64,000 nucleotides of DNA. It comes from Acaryochloridaceae cyanobacterium VAR_48_metabat_390. GTDB lineage: Bacteria > Cyanobacteriota > Cyanobacteriia > Thermosynechococcales > Thermosynechococcaceae. The stretch spans positions 1-64,000 of the forward strand of contig JANPLU010000123.1 in assembly GCA_031422435.1 (NCBI GenBank), in the 5' to 3' direction. Shown here piece by piece: positions 51,650 to 61,410 of the stretch (its first letter is position 1; each line of letters starts with the position of its first letter). The position numbers and the translations under genes were made by a program. The notes under the pieces are model-generated. The model was not told where the DNA came from. It did not search any database and saw only the letters and a list, made by a program, of their open reading frames with translations.

Positions 51650-51780
51650 GTACACACAAGTCCGAGAAAATCCCCTCCTCGGAGGGGTACCCGTAGGGCG
51701 GGGTGGGTTAGTCATAGCGCTACTGACTAACCCACCACTGCCCCTCCCAGGAGGGGATTTATCCTGAGACGTTTGCGTAC
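51650..51780. repeat. Composite palindromic MITE-like element between convergent genes
   Basis: Imperfect terminal IR GTACACACAAGTC/GACGTTTGCGTAC; inner AAATCCCCTCCT/AGGAGGGGATTT and GGTGGGTTAGTCA/TGACTAACCCACC. Confidence 0.8.
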
Positions 51781-51789
51781 ACGGCATCC

Positions 51790-52467
51790 CTAGCCTCGTA
51801 GGGTATAGCCCACGCCTCGAATGGTATGAATTAAGCGCTTTTCGCCATTTTCCTCAAGTTTTAGGCGTAGGTAGCGAATGTAGACCTCAATAATGTTGGA
51901 GTCGCCCATAAAGTCGTACCCCCACACTTTTTCTAAAATCTGGTCCCGCGTTAGCACCTGCCGAGGATGATTCAATAGATACTCCAGTAAATCAAATTCC
52001 TTTGCCGTTAATTCAATAGGGCGCTTGTCTCGAAACACCTCGCGGGTACTGTGGTTGAGGCTCAAGTCCTCAAACTGAAGAAGATCTGAGTTTGACTCAT
52101 GAGTACGACGCAGATGGGCGCGGATTCTGGCTAATAGTTCTTCAATGCTAAAAGGCTTGAGTACATAGTCGTCTGCCCCCGCGTCTAAGCCTGCTACGCG
52201 ATCGCTCACCTCATCTTTTGCCGTTAGCAAAATCACGGGCATTTTATTGCCTGTTGATCGCAAGCGACGGCATAGCTCCAACCCTGATAGCCCTGGCAGC
52301 ATCCAGTCCAGAATGGCTAAATCTGGCGTAGATTCTCGCGCGAGGGTCAACCCCGTAATGCCGTCATGCGCCACGCTAATGCGATATCCTTCTGCACTCA
52401 GCTCTAGCTCAATAAATCGAGCCAGAGGCACCTCATCTTCCACTAAAAGGATGTGCATCATCGTCAT
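51790..52467 (-). CDS. OmpR-family response regulator
   Basis: ILLVEDE, LDWMLP, KPF receiver motifs; winged helix ending HTIRGVGY. Confidence 0.95.
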   Translation of the reverse strand: MTMMHILLVEDEVPLARFIELELSAEGYRISVAHDGITGLTLARESTPDLAILDWMLPGLSGLELCRRLRSTGNKMPVILLTAKDEVSDRVAGLDAGADDYVLKPFSIEELLARIRAHLRRTHESNSDLLQFEDLSLNHSTREVFRDKRPIELTAKEFDLLEYLLNHPRQVLTRDQILEKVWGYDFMGDSNIIEVYIRYLRLKLEENGEKRLIHTIRGVGYTLRG

Positions 52468-52506
52468 GGCGCTGCTGCCTAAGAATCAAAATATACCCAG
52501 CTAAGC

Positions 52507-52875
52507 CTAAACGTACCACCAAGCCCAGGCAATTAAAACCGCCTGAAGCGGAAGCCTTGCCCAGTAAAGCGCAGGAATATGCGGAATGCCCGGAAGCTGA
52601 ATTTGATTGACTGCCATGTTGATATTGGCCGGAAATACAGCAATAAACAGCGCAATGAGACCCCAGGCAGCGGCAGAGCTAACGGATGGAATGAGTAGAC
52701 CCACGCCGCCTAGAATTTCAAAAAAGCCGCTGATATAAACCAGTGCCAAAGGGTAGGGCAGATAGTTCGGCACAATTTTGACAAAGGGTTGAGGTTTTAC
52801 AAAGTGCAGTACCCCCGCACTAATGATAAAAGCGGCTAAGGTAAACCGCAAAATTTCTCTTAAAATTTCCATCAA
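52507..52875 (-). CDS. DoxX-like membrane protein
   Basis: AGVLHF..P..F..IVP.YLP...SG.FEILGG...VFPANI...RLPLQ. Confidence 0.85.
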   Translation of the reverse strand: MMEILREILRFTLAAFIISAGVLHFVKPQPFVKIVPNYLPYPLALVYISGFFEILGGVGLLIPSVSSAAAWGLIALFIAVFPANINMAVNQIQLPGIPHIPALYWARLPLQAVLIAWAWWYV

Positions 52876-52989
52876 TAAGACCTAAAACCACCTGTAGCGC
52901 AGCGTAGCTGAACCGCCGCTATTTGTCTCTCTTCCTCTGGCGATAGATGCTGCCGATATGTAGTCTGCAGCATCTATCGCTTAGCAGCG

Positions 52990-53724
52990 CTACTTTGTGG
53001 CAGCGGGGGCAGGACAGGTTTTATATTGCGGTGAGGCTTTATCAAAATTGCACTGGTAAACATAGCTCTTCTGCCAGCTCAGCGGAATTTCGAGGAGCGA
53101 TCGCGCCCCCGTAAAGCCCTGTGTCACAAACAGCACCAGCGCCACGCAGTTGAGCACAATATGAACCGTCCGCCAGCGATTGGAGCGATCTTGATAAATT
53201 TCTCGCAAAATTGCTAAGGCGAAAATCATCAGGAGAGAAGCCGCAATGCCGTGATAGTAGTGCGAAAAATACCAGTACGCATCATTGCGGTAAACACCAT
53301 CCTGCGCCCCTAAAATGACCAGCCCCATGCCCGCTAGGGTGGCAAAAATGCCTCGCCACAGCCGAGTTTTGGCTTTGTAGAGCAAGATTAATGCCGCAAT
53401 GGTTGCCACAAAAAAGGCAGAAATAAGGCTCACTTTCGCCGCGTCTTTTTGCCAGAGTTGCCCTTCAATAATGGGGGAGTAAATTTCGCTCGCCAGCGCC
53501 AGCAACACCACGCCAATGACAGCCCCTGTAAGCCATTGACCTAAGGCGACGTGCTCTACCCCAACGCTGGGCGGCAGCTTACTTTTATTGCCCATACGTG
53601 TTTCAAGGCGACGCTGGCGCGTTTGCCACGCCATCTTGACCACCATGCCGATAATAGGAAACACAACGGCAACGGCGATCGCCGGATGCAGCAGTACAAC
53701 GTAGTCTTTCAGATTGAGATCCAT
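52990..53724 (-). CDS. DUF4079 family membrane protein
   Basis: LLHP...RQRR...EH...SHYY.G...R..H..LN motifs. Confidence 0.8.
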   Translation of the reverse strand: MDLNLKDYVVLLHPAIAVAVVFPIIGMVVKMAWQTRQRRLETRMGNKSKLPPSVGVEHVALGQWLTGAVIGVVLLALASEIYSPIIEGQLWQKDAAKVSLISAFFVATIAALILLYKAKTRLWRGIFATLAGMGLVILGAQDGVYRNDAYWYFSHYYHGIAASLLMIFALAILREIYQDRSNRWRTVHIVLNCVALVLFVTQGFTGARSLLEIPLSWQKSYVYQCNFDKASPQYKTCPAPAATK

Positions 53725-53902
53725 ACAACCCTTTAAATGAGGACGCTTACAAGTAGCGGCAACCTTATAACTGATTTAGTGCTCTTAAAAGCCTGCCTTT
53801 GTTCAATCTAATCAATATTTCAGCATTCATTGTCTCGATTTACTGTTTTGCTTTAGATACGTCTAAGCATCCCCGTTGGATTCCTTTTTTAAAGCGCTTT
53901 GA

Positions 53903-54904
53903 CTACAGCGCGCTCACTTCGGTAGAAGAGAGAACAGATATATCCTCCTCAGAGAGGATGCTTAGAAAGTCAATATTGGCGGTGAGGGTGGAAAGTTGGG
54001 GCAAAATTTTAGCAATAAAAATCTCGGATGCCTTTGAACGATACCGATTGGGGTTCAAAATCAGAGACAACGTCCGCTTGATTACAACGTTTTCGATATT
54101 GACTCGCTTAAGGGCACCCAGCTTCAGCTCTTTTTCAATGGCAGATACCGAAATAAATGCGGCACCTAACCCAGACTGCACTGCGTTTTTGATGGCCTCA
54201 ATGGAGTTCAGCTCCATTTCTACTTTCAGTAAGCGCGGGTCAATGTTGCCACGCACTAAAATCTGGTCAATGACCTTACGGATGGTGGACTGGGCATCTA
54301 GGGTAATAAACCCAAGCCGATAGAGGTCTTCACGCTGAACCGTGTCTTTTTGGGCGAGGGGATGAAAAATGGGCAGCACTAACGCCAGCTCATCTTCTGC
54401 ATAGGGGGCAATTTCTAGGGTTGATTGCAGTTCTAGGGGTACTTCTCCGCCAATAATGGCGAGATCGACCTGCCCATTCATCACGCTCCAGCAGGTGCGT
54501 CGGGTGGAGTGCACATGAAGCTGCACTGCTACTTCTGGGTAGGTCTGTCGAAATACCCCAATCAGCTTGGGCATGAGGTAGGTGCCCGTCGTCTGACTTG
54601 CCCCAATAATAAGCGTGCCGCCCTGGAGGTTATGCAGGTCTTCGATGGCGCGACAGGTTTCTTGGCACAGCGCCAAAATGCGATCGCCATACTCCAGCAA
54701 TAAATGTCCTGCCTCGGTAAGCTGAGCGCGACGACCCCCTCGGTCAAAGAGGGGCACATCTAGCTGCCGCTCTAGATTTTGCACCTGAAGGCTAACGGCA
54801 GGCTGAGAAACGTAGAGGCTATCTGCGGCGCGCTTGAAACTTCCTTCCGCTGCGATCGCCTTTAGAATTCGGAGCTGATCTAGCGTAAAGGGAAGGTCAG
54901 ACAT
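53903..54904 (-). CDS. rbcR: LysR family regulator RbcR/Ycf30
   Basis: [38 protein letters not shown]...[12 protein letters not shown]. Confidence 0.88.
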   Translation of the reverse strand: MSDLPFTLDQLRILKAIAAEGSFKRAADSLYVSQPAVSLQVQNLERQLDVPLFDRGGRRAQLTEAGHLLLEYGDRILALCQETCRAIEDLHNLQGGTLIIGASQTTGTYLMPKLIGVFRQTYPEVAVQLHVHSTRRTCWSVMNGQVDLAIIGGEVPLELQSTLEIAPYAEDELALVLPIFHPLAQKDTVQREDLYRLGFITLDAQSTIRKVIDQILVRGNIDPRLLKVEMELNSIEAIKNAVQSGLGAAFISVSAIEKELKLGALKRVNIENVVIKRTLSLILNPNRYRSKASEIFIAKILPQLSTLTANIDFLSILSEEDISVLSSTEVSAL

Positions 54905-55147
54905 AGGAAATAGACCTGACAAAGGATAGAAAAACTAGGTTCCACCCCCTGAAGCAGCTTCAGGGTAAGATGCACTGACAGTTTACCGCGAACGATGCTG
55001 TCCCTTGCGAAACGACGCAAAGAAACGCCCTAAAATGCACCTGGATGGCTAGACCTAAGTCACTGCAGGCTAAATGTGTCCCTTAACTTGTAAATATTCC
55101 TTCACGTTTTAAGGAAAATCGATGAGTTTAGTGCATGGGCGGAGCGC

Positions 55148-55467
55148 AAAATAGCCGTTTAATTTTGTGGTGGCGGGCAATACGATGTTTGCGAGCTGTG
55201 AGAACCTTTAAATGACATTGAGACTTGCACGATTCTGACAACTTCGGCTAATAGTCATTACAACCAATCCATGATCAGATGCCTGTGATTTTAAGCCCTG
55301 AGAATTATGGGCGATGGCTTGACTCCAATGTGTAGTGTGGTCAACCGTTACCAGATTTGTTGCGGCCTTTCCCTGATGCGTCGATGCAAGCGATTCCGGT
55401 CAGTGCCAGGATGAATTCTGCAAAAATAGACGATGCACTTTGCATAAAACTGTTGTCAACAAATTGA
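55148..55467 (+). pseudogene. SOS response-associated peptidase (SRAP/YedK) remnant
   Basis: IETCTILTTSAN, then a frameshift near 55255, then QPIHDQMPVILSPENYGRWLD..*..LLRPFP...IPVSARMNS..ID...CI; in-frame TAG at 55333; N-terminus missing. Confidence 0.85.
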
Positions 55468-55513
55468 GTTCATAGTAAAACAAGAGTGATTTTTAAGTAG
55501 GAGAAGACTACAA

Positions 55514-56704
55514 GTGATTAAGTACGAACGGGTAGTTAGTTATTTAAAGAAAAATGGCTACAGTGAGGAAATCAATATTTCCGACCATTGGTTTACTAAT
55601 CATGAACAATGCAAGAGAATTATTAATCAGAAATTTACAAATAGTTATAGCCAGATTTTTGAATTACAAGTGAGATGGAGATCTCCAATAGGTAGAGCTT
55701 GCGTTGAAGCGATAAGGAAGCATATAGAGCAAAAAATAGAACGGAATCGCTTGGAGGGGACGAGAAGATACCAGCTCGGTGATTTAAGCTTTCTATATGC
55801 ACAATTAGATTTGAATGATTTTAGTTTTTGCTTTAACAAGAAAAAGTACAATATCAAGTCATTCGTGGAAATTTTCCCGACAAGTCAAATTGGGGGCTGG
55901 CACGATCTTAGAGGCATACCTCTGGATGGAATTTTTCTGCCGAGCTGTGAGTTGATTAACCTTAATTTTAGTAATGCTTCACTTATTAGAGCTAATTTTC
56001 AACAAGTACGGTTTATTAATTGCAATTTTGTATGTGCAGACTTTGATTATTCAAGAATTGCGTTAATTAGACATGAGCAAGATACTTCATTAGGGGGGAT
56101 TTCCCTTAGAGGAGCATATATAAAGGCAATAGAGCTTAATAGCCGGACGATTAGAACTCCGATGCTAATTAAGGAGATAAATTACTTTGAGCTTATTAAG
56201 TATTTACTTGAAATAGTAGTGTGGAAAAAACATCCGATAAAATATCGTGGACAATGGACGAGATTTCAAATGGTCGATGTCCGTGAAGTCAATGAACCAT
56301 TGATGAGATATCAAGCCGAGTATATTAACTGGTCTCAATCTTTACTTGGGAAAATTGACAAATTTTATGAATTGCCGATAACAGAGAGAATAGCTTTTCT
56401 TGGATCAATTATTTTTACTAAGTATTGGAGATCGGCAGCAGTTCTGGCTTCTTTCTCTGCGATTATCAATATATTGTTTTCTTTTTTGTATATGGCACTC
56501 TCATCTCATTTCAAAGGTTTGTCGGGTAATTTTTTGGAAAGTCTCTATTTTAGCATTGTGACATTTACTACTCTTGGCTATGGTGATGTAACGCCATGCG
56601 ATGATTTGGGACGGATTCTAGTAATACTTGAAGTAGTTATAGGGTATATAACTCTTGGGAGTTTCTTGTTTATACTAGGACAAAAAGTATCCCAGAGATA
56701 TTAA
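55514..56704 (+). CDS. Pentapeptide-repeat / two-TM potassium channel domain fusion protein
   Basis: Degenerate pentapeptides (DLRGI...NFSNASLIRANFQQ), then TM, YFSIVTFTTLGYGDVTP pore motif, TM; AT-rich; GGAG RBS before GTG. Confidence 0.85.
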   Translation: MIKYERVVSYLKKNGYSEEINISDHWFTNHEQCKRIINQKFTNSYSQIFELQVRWRSPIGRACVEAIRKHIEQKIERNRLEGTRRYQLGDLSFLYAQLDLNDFSFCFNKKKYNIKSFVEIFPTSQIGGWHDLRGIPLDGIFLPSCELINLNFSNASLIRANFQQVRFINCNFVCADFDYSRIALIRHEQDTSLGGISLRGAYIKAIELNSRTIRTPMLIKEINYFELIKYLLEIVVWKKHPIKYRGQWTRFQMVDVREVNEPLMRYQAEYINWSQSLLGKIDKFYELPITERIAFLGSIIFTKYWRSAAVLASFSAIINILFSFLYMALSSHFKGLSGNFLESLYFSIVTFTTLGYGDVTPCDDLGRILVILEVVIGYITLGSFLFILGQKVSQRY

Positions 56705-57049
56705 TTTATATGAGTAATATGTGCAAGAAAAAATTAAGGTTTAATGGCGAGATTACAGATTCATCTCTCCACTAAAATGTGAATTCTTAATCTGAAAAGA
56801 ACGAAGGGGGGGGGTAAGATCGCTCTACGAAGACAACAATAATATGCTCGCCCCCACCGATAAAGAACAGTTGCGAATATGAAGGTGAGATGTTGAACAA
56901 TCGCGATCACCCAGCTAAGTTCTGAATCTGGTGATCGCCCCATTGAGCTAGAGCAAGGAAGAATATGCTCGATACGAACATAAAATTTATGAGTCGCAAG
57001 CGCAACAAAAGTTATTCTCAAGTTGAAATCTAATAACGATTATAGAAAC

Positions 57050-57547
57050 CTATTCTTGAACTTCCACTGCTAAGAGTTGGGCAAAAAGGATTGGAGAAAT
57101 TCTAAAACCAGCAATCTGAATCAGATCTTCCAGTAAAGGTTTCAATTGAGATATTGTTTCAGATTGTTTTGCTTTCAGCAAAATACCTAATACACCTGTA
57201 ACATTTAGCCCTAACGATTTAGCAACTTTTCGTCCATCTCGTTCATCAAGCAAAATATAATCTGCCTGTTGCTCTAAAGCCAATGCAATCGCCTCGGATT
57301 CACCTTGGTCTAGTGTCTGTCGCAAAAGCTGGACAACCGCTTGAGATTGGATAAGAGGCTGAATCTGAATCCACCCTTCAGTGATCGCATTGCGAATAGC
57401 GAGGGAGCCAGGGCGATCTTCGTTGACCCTAAGTTCTGCTAAGACGCCGGGAGGGATGATTATCTGGGCAAACTGCTGTTTGATTAAGTCTAGATGCTCA
57501 ATAATAGCCAGATTGAGGATTGGGGATGTGTTACACACTATGGGCAT
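57050..57547 (-). CDS. DUF3368 PIN-like protein (putative toxin)
   Basis: IVCNTSPILNL...LDQGESEAIALA...LLDERDGR..A...G..VTGVLGIL. Confidence 0.88.
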   Translation of the reverse strand: MPIVCNTSPILNLAIIEHLDLIKQQFAQIIIPPGVLAELRVNEDRPGSLAIRNAITEGWIQIQPLIQSQAVVQLLRQTLDQGESEAIALALEQQADYILLDERDGRKVAKSLGLNVTGVLGILLKAKQSETISQLKPLLEDLIQIAGFRISPILFAQLLAVEVQE

Positions 57548-57785
57548 AACTGAAATCATCCTCTAGTTCTGATTGTCCATAGTGCCGAGAGATTCCACGT
57601 TCGCCCAGCAAACGACCAAAGGCGTATTTATCCAGTTGAGCAAGTTCTCGTGACTTGCCAAAAGACAATAAATCTTGGCTGTAAAGGGCGATCGCCAATT
57701 CTTGGAGGAGGAATTGCTCAAGCTGACCTTCGGGCAGGCGCACCCCTGAGAGAACGGATTCAGGAATAGAGAGTTGCAGACTCAT
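57531..57785 (-). CDS. UPF0175 family protein (putative antitoxin)
   Basis: ELAIALY....LSFGK.RELA......F..LLG.RGI..HY...EL..D; overlaps the DUF3368 gene. Confidence 0.88.
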   Translation of the reverse strand: MSLQLSIPESVLSGVRLPEGQLEQFLLQELAIALYSQDLLSFGKSRELAQLDKYAFGRLLGERGISRHYGQSELEDDFSYAHSV

Positions 57786-57948
57786 ACACTTAATTGAACC
57801 TCAGCGCTATGCCCTCATTGTAGTAAGGTGCGATCTCCATATCAAACCACTGTTTTCAGGGAATCAGATCTTTAAGAAACGCGTTATGCCCTTCACCTAC
57901 AATCGAAAAATTCTTTGCTGTACCAATTCCTACGCCGCGCCCTGACAA

Positions 57949-58824
57949 TCACGATCTCCCTAACACAATGCTTAAACTCAGATCTAGCCAAGAGGACTGA
58001 GTAATAGGGGCGCTAGTAGAGACAAAATCAACCCCTGTCTCGGCAATTGGTCGCAGGTTGCTCAAGGTCACATTGCCCGAAGCCTCAATTTTAATGCGCG
58101 GATTTTTGCTGCGAATATAGGCGACTGCCTCTTTCATCTGGGCGATCGCCATGTTGTCGAGCATAATAATATCTGCTCCGTGGGCAACGGCTTCTTTCAC
58201 CTGATCGAAGTCTTCGGTTTCTACTTCAATTGCCAGCACAAACGGGGATAATTGGCGCACGCGCTGAATGGCGATCGCAACTCCCCCAGCAGCAACAATA
58301 TGGTTATCTTTAATCATCACGGCATCATCGAGGCCAAACCGATGATTTTGGGCACCGCCTACTGCCGTCGCGTATTTTTCTAAAACCCTTAGTCCAGGCG
58401 TGGTTTTGCGCGTATCCACAAGCTGCGTTGGCAAATCGGCAATCTGCTCCACATAGCGGCGGGTTAAGGTGGCAATGCCGCCGAGGCGCATCACTAAATT
58501 GAGCGCAACCCGTTCTCCCATCAGCAGGGCTGCTAAAGAGCCTTCTATGGTTGCAATGGTGGTACCTGCGGTAACAAGTTCACCCTCTTGGACAAAGGTT
58601 TTGACTACAGCATGGGAATCCAATTTCTGGAACACGCGCTCTAGCAATGGTAGCCCTGCTACAACACCATTTTGCTTGAGCCGTAGTTCTGCCACCCCAG
58701 CGGTATCAGAGCTTGACAGAATTGCGTCTGTGGTGCGATCGCCCCGTCCAATATCCTCCAGAAGCCACTGGTGTAAAAGCGGATCAAGGGCGATCGCAGG
58801 GGGGAGTGGGGGCAAAACCTTCAC
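57949..58824 (-). CDS. nadC: Nicotinate-nucleotide diphosphorylase (carboxylating)
   Basis: EDIGRGD.TT, DTRKTTPGLR..EKYA, HRFGL.D..MIKDNH, IMLDN, EASG. Confidence 0.97.
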   Translation of the reverse strand: MKVLPPLPPAIALDPLLHQWLLEDIGRGDRTTDAILSSSDTAGVAELRLKQNGVVAGLPLLERVFQKLDSHAVVKTFVQEGELVTAGTTIATIEGSLAALLMGERVALNLVMRLGGIATLTRRYVEQIADLPTQLVDTRKTTPGLRVLEKYATAVGGAQNHRFGLDDAVMIKDNHIVAAGGVAIAIQRVRQLSPFVLAIEVETEDFDQVKEAVAHGADIIMLDNMAIAQMKEAVAYIRSKNPRIKIEASGNVTLSNLRPIAETGVDFVSTSAPITQSSWLDLSLSIVLGRS

Positions 58825-58849
58825 AGCAGTTTCCTCAATGCCATTACAA

Positions 58850-58881
58850 AAAACCGCAGTAGGCTAGCCTACTGCGGTTTT
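58850..58881 (-). terminator. Terminator downstream of tRNA-Ser
   Basis: Perfect 32-bp palindrome AAAACCGCAGTAGGCT/AGCCTACTGCGGTTTT with a T-run on the minus strand. Confidence 0.8.
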
Positions 58882-58901
58882 GATTTTAGAACCTATTACA
58901 A

Positions 58902-58986
58902 CGGAGAGGGAGGGATTCGAACCCTCGTTAAGTTGCCCTAAACAGCATTTCCAGTGCTGCGCCTTCAACCGCTCGGCCACCTCTCC
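58902..58986 (-). tRNA. tRNA-Ser(GGA)
   Basis: GGAGAGGTGGCCGAGCGGTTGAAGGCG CAGCA-CTGGAAA-TGCTG, long variable arm, GAGGGTTCGAATCCCTC, CCTCTCCG; CCA not encoded. Confidence 0.96.
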
Positions 58987-59084
58987 AGGTGGATGTGAAT
59001 TTCCTTGTGGAATTGGTTCACATAAGTAAGATATGTTAACAGAATCTAAGCCTCATATAAACAAGTTCCCTTAAAAAGATTTTT

Positions 59085-59453
59085 ATGGTGCCCACCTACA
59101 CCGTACAGATTCGCGATCGCCGCACCAATACAGAGCACGCTGTAGAGGTTCCGGCCGATCGCTACATCCTTGAAACCGCCGAAGAGCAAGGGGTAAAACT
59201 ACCTTTTTCCTGTCGCAATGGAGCCTGTACCGCCTGTGCCGTGCGCGTATTAAGCGGCGACCTGCACCAGCCCGAAGCAATGGGGTTATCTCCCCACCTT
59301 CAGCGTCAGGGCTATGCCCTGCTGTGCGTGAGCTACCCGCGCGCATCCTTACGGGTCGAAACCCAAGATGAAGATGAGGTCTACGAACTGCAATTTGGGC
59401 GTTATTTTGGTAAAGGAAAAGTGCGCCGTGGACTACCCCTAGATGAAGAATGA
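59085..59453 (+). CDS. [2Fe-2S] ferredoxin with C-terminal extension (Fed2/FdC2-like)
   Basis: LPFSCRNGACTAC...LLCVSYP...EDEVYELQFGRYF. Confidence 0.9.
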   Translation: MVPTYTVQIRDRRTNTEHAVEVPADRYILETAEEQGVKLPFSCRNGACTACAVRVLSGDLHQPEAMGLSPHLQRQGYALLCVSYPRASLRVETQDEDEVYELQFGRYFGKGKVRRGLPLDEE

Positions 59454-60291
59454 AACTTTGCCACCACATCAAACCTTTGAACTTGAAGGCTTTTTGGACA
59501 TTGCGACCGAATCCGCTCTGAGTGCAGGTGCGATTTTACAGTCTTTTTGGGGCAACCTAAAGTCAGTTCAAGAAAAAGGGCGATCTGGAGATTTGGTCAC
59601 TGAAGCTGATGCCGCCGCAGAAGCTGCGGTGATCACAATTTTGAAGCGTCACTTCCCTGACCACCAAATCTTGGCGGAGGAATCTGGACATCAGGGGAGC
59701 GATACAAGTCGGTTTTTGTGGGCGATTGACCCCCTAGACGGCACGACAAACTATGCTCACCAGTACCCTTTTTCTGCCACCTCTATCGCTTTACTGATTG
59801 ATGGAGTGCCGCAAGTGGGGGTGATTTTTGACCCCTTTCATCAAGAGCTGTTTCGCGCTGCCAGCGGATTGGGCGCAACGCGAAATCGTCAGCCCATCCA
59901 CGTTTCGCAAACTTCAGCGCTCTCCCAGAGCCTACTCGTGACTGGATTTGCCTATGACCGACGAGAGACAATAGACAATAACTATGCTGAATTTTGTCAC
60001 TTCACCCACCTTACTCAGGGCGTTAGACGTGGTGGTGCTGCGTCCTTAGATCTTGCCTATATTGCCTGTGGGCGTTTGGATGGATATTGGGAAAGAGGTC
60101 TTTCGCCTTGGGATATTGCCGCTGGAATTGTGTTAGTACAAGAGGCAGGGGGACAGGTCAGTGCCTACGACCAAACACCTGTTGACCTAAGCTCAGGTCG
60201 CATACTTGCAACGAATGGTTATCTGCATCACTCTTTAAGCACCGAACTCCTCAAAGTTAAGCCTCTCACGATGCCGTTGCCTTACGCATAA
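59443..60291 (+). CDS. suhB: Inositol monophosphatase family protein
   Basis: DLVTEAD, WAIDPLDGTTNYAH, WDIAAG. Confidence 0.9.
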   Translation: MKNETLPPHQTFELEGFLDIATESALSAGAILQSFWGNLKSVQEKGRSGDLVTEADAAAEAAVITILKRHFPDHQILAEESGHQGSDTSRFLWAIDPLDGTTNYAHQYPFSATSIALLIDGVPQVGVIFDPFHQELFRAASGLGATRNRQPIHVSQTSALSQSLLVTGFAYDRRETIDNNYAEFCHFTHLTQGVRRGGAASLDLAYIACGRLDGYWERGLSPWDIAAGIVLVQEAGGQVSAYDQTPVDLSSGRILATNGYLHHSLSTELLKVKPLTMPLPYA

Positions 60292-60399
60292 CTGTTTCAT
60301 GAAAACGTTGCTGTCGAAAGCTTGGTTTAACTCATTTAGTTAACCCATTTAATTAATCCGTTCATTAACCCCTTGTATTCTGACCTTGGAATAAGCTAG

Positions 60400-61362
60400 A
60401 TGTCTTTTCAAATCAAACAGGGATTGGCCGAATTCGGATACACAGACCACTATGCAGTGCTGGGTTTGCCAGTTGATGCAGCAGCGGCAGAGATTCGAAA
60501 GCGCTATGTGAAGCTGGCGCGTATTCTTCACCCTGATAGCTGCGCACCCTCCATGGACAAGGGGCAGGCAAGCCAAGTTCTTTCTAAGCTTGTAAATCCG
60601 GCTTATCAGTTTCTCTCTCAAGAAAAGGAGCGTAATGATTACGATATGTTGCTGAAATTGGTGGGGCAGCGCGCCAATTTGGAATTTGATTCTGCCCGAC
60701 TTCATCATCAAACGGCAAAAGATCTGCTGACTTCAGATCCGTATCAAGCCTTTTATCTTTCAACAATTCAGAGTCTGGCGGAGAACCAGTATGGTCAGCT
60801 TAATCGAGTGGTAAATGTGATTGAGCAGATGAGTGAGCTAAACCTCATGTTTCTGCTGCGTCGGGAGCTAATGCAAACGCCCCGCCATAGCCAGCCGTCT
60901 TTTTTTGAGGCTGCTCCCGCAGTTGTAACTCAGCCCAGCAGCCCTGAAGTATCGGTGACAACCCCTGCCAAGAAGCCAGTCGATCAGAAAACGGTGGCTC
61001 CTTCGGAGGAATTTCTGCGGCAGTATGTTCGACGTGCAGAAGAATACATTGAAAAAAAGCTTTACCAGCCTGCGATCCAAGAATTAAGGTCTGCACAAAA
61101 GCTAGATCCTCAAAACTTTCGCTGTAATCTGTTGTTGGGTGTTATCTATCTGAAGCTGAAACAGCCTAAGATGGCTAAGGGATATTTACTAAAAGCCCAA
61201 ACCCTAGATCCTCGAAACGCTGAGTTACTTCAAGAAATAAATGAGCTAAAGAAACAAGAGGCTTTGGTCGCTAAACCGGTTCAATCGGGCGTTAAAGCAG
61301 CGGCTCAAGCTGGGAGCAAGCCTTCAGGCTTTTTAGGTGGTTTGTTTGGGAGAAAAAAGTAG
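60400..61362 (+). CDS. J-domain protein with C-terminal TPR
   Basis: DHYAVLG...LHPD J-domain; TPR-like helices near the C-terminus. Confidence 0.88.
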   Translation: MSFQIKQGLAEFGYTDHYAVLGLPVDAAAAEIRKRYVKLARILHPDSCAPSMDKGQASQVLSKLVNPAYQFLSQEKERNDYDMLLKLVGQRANLEFDSARLHHQTAKDLLTSDPYQAFYLSTIQSLAENQYGQLNRVVNVIEQMSELNLMFLLRRELMQTPRHSQPSFFEAAPAVVTQPSSPEVSVTTPAKKPVDQKTVAPSEEFLRQYVRRAEEYIEKKLYQPAIQELRSAQKLDPQNFRCNLLLGVIYLKLKQPKMAKGYLLKAQTLDPRNAELLQEINELKKQEALVAKPVQSGVKAAAQAGSKPSGFLGGLFGRKK

Positions 61363-61410
61363 TGGCAACCCATGGCAGCAATAAGCGGTAGCAACCAATA
61401 GCAGCAATAC

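Noticed and set aside
51790..52467. Response regulator without an adjacent histidine kinase
   Set aside because: Orphan regulators are common in cyanobacteria; nothing else unusual in the sequence.
55046..55060. TGGCTAGACCTAAGT resembles the nadC 3' end (WLDLS) in inverted orientation
   Set aside because: Only 13/15 matches, wrong orientation for an att duplication, and the flanks do not align; likely chance.
56806..56814. G9 homopolymer as a phase-variation switch
   Set aside because: Lies between convergent gene ends, not in a supported CDS or an evident promoter.
58902..58986. tRNA-Ser as the integration site of the 55-58 kb islet
   Set aside because: nadC lies between them, and no duplicated tRNA 3' end or integrase was found.
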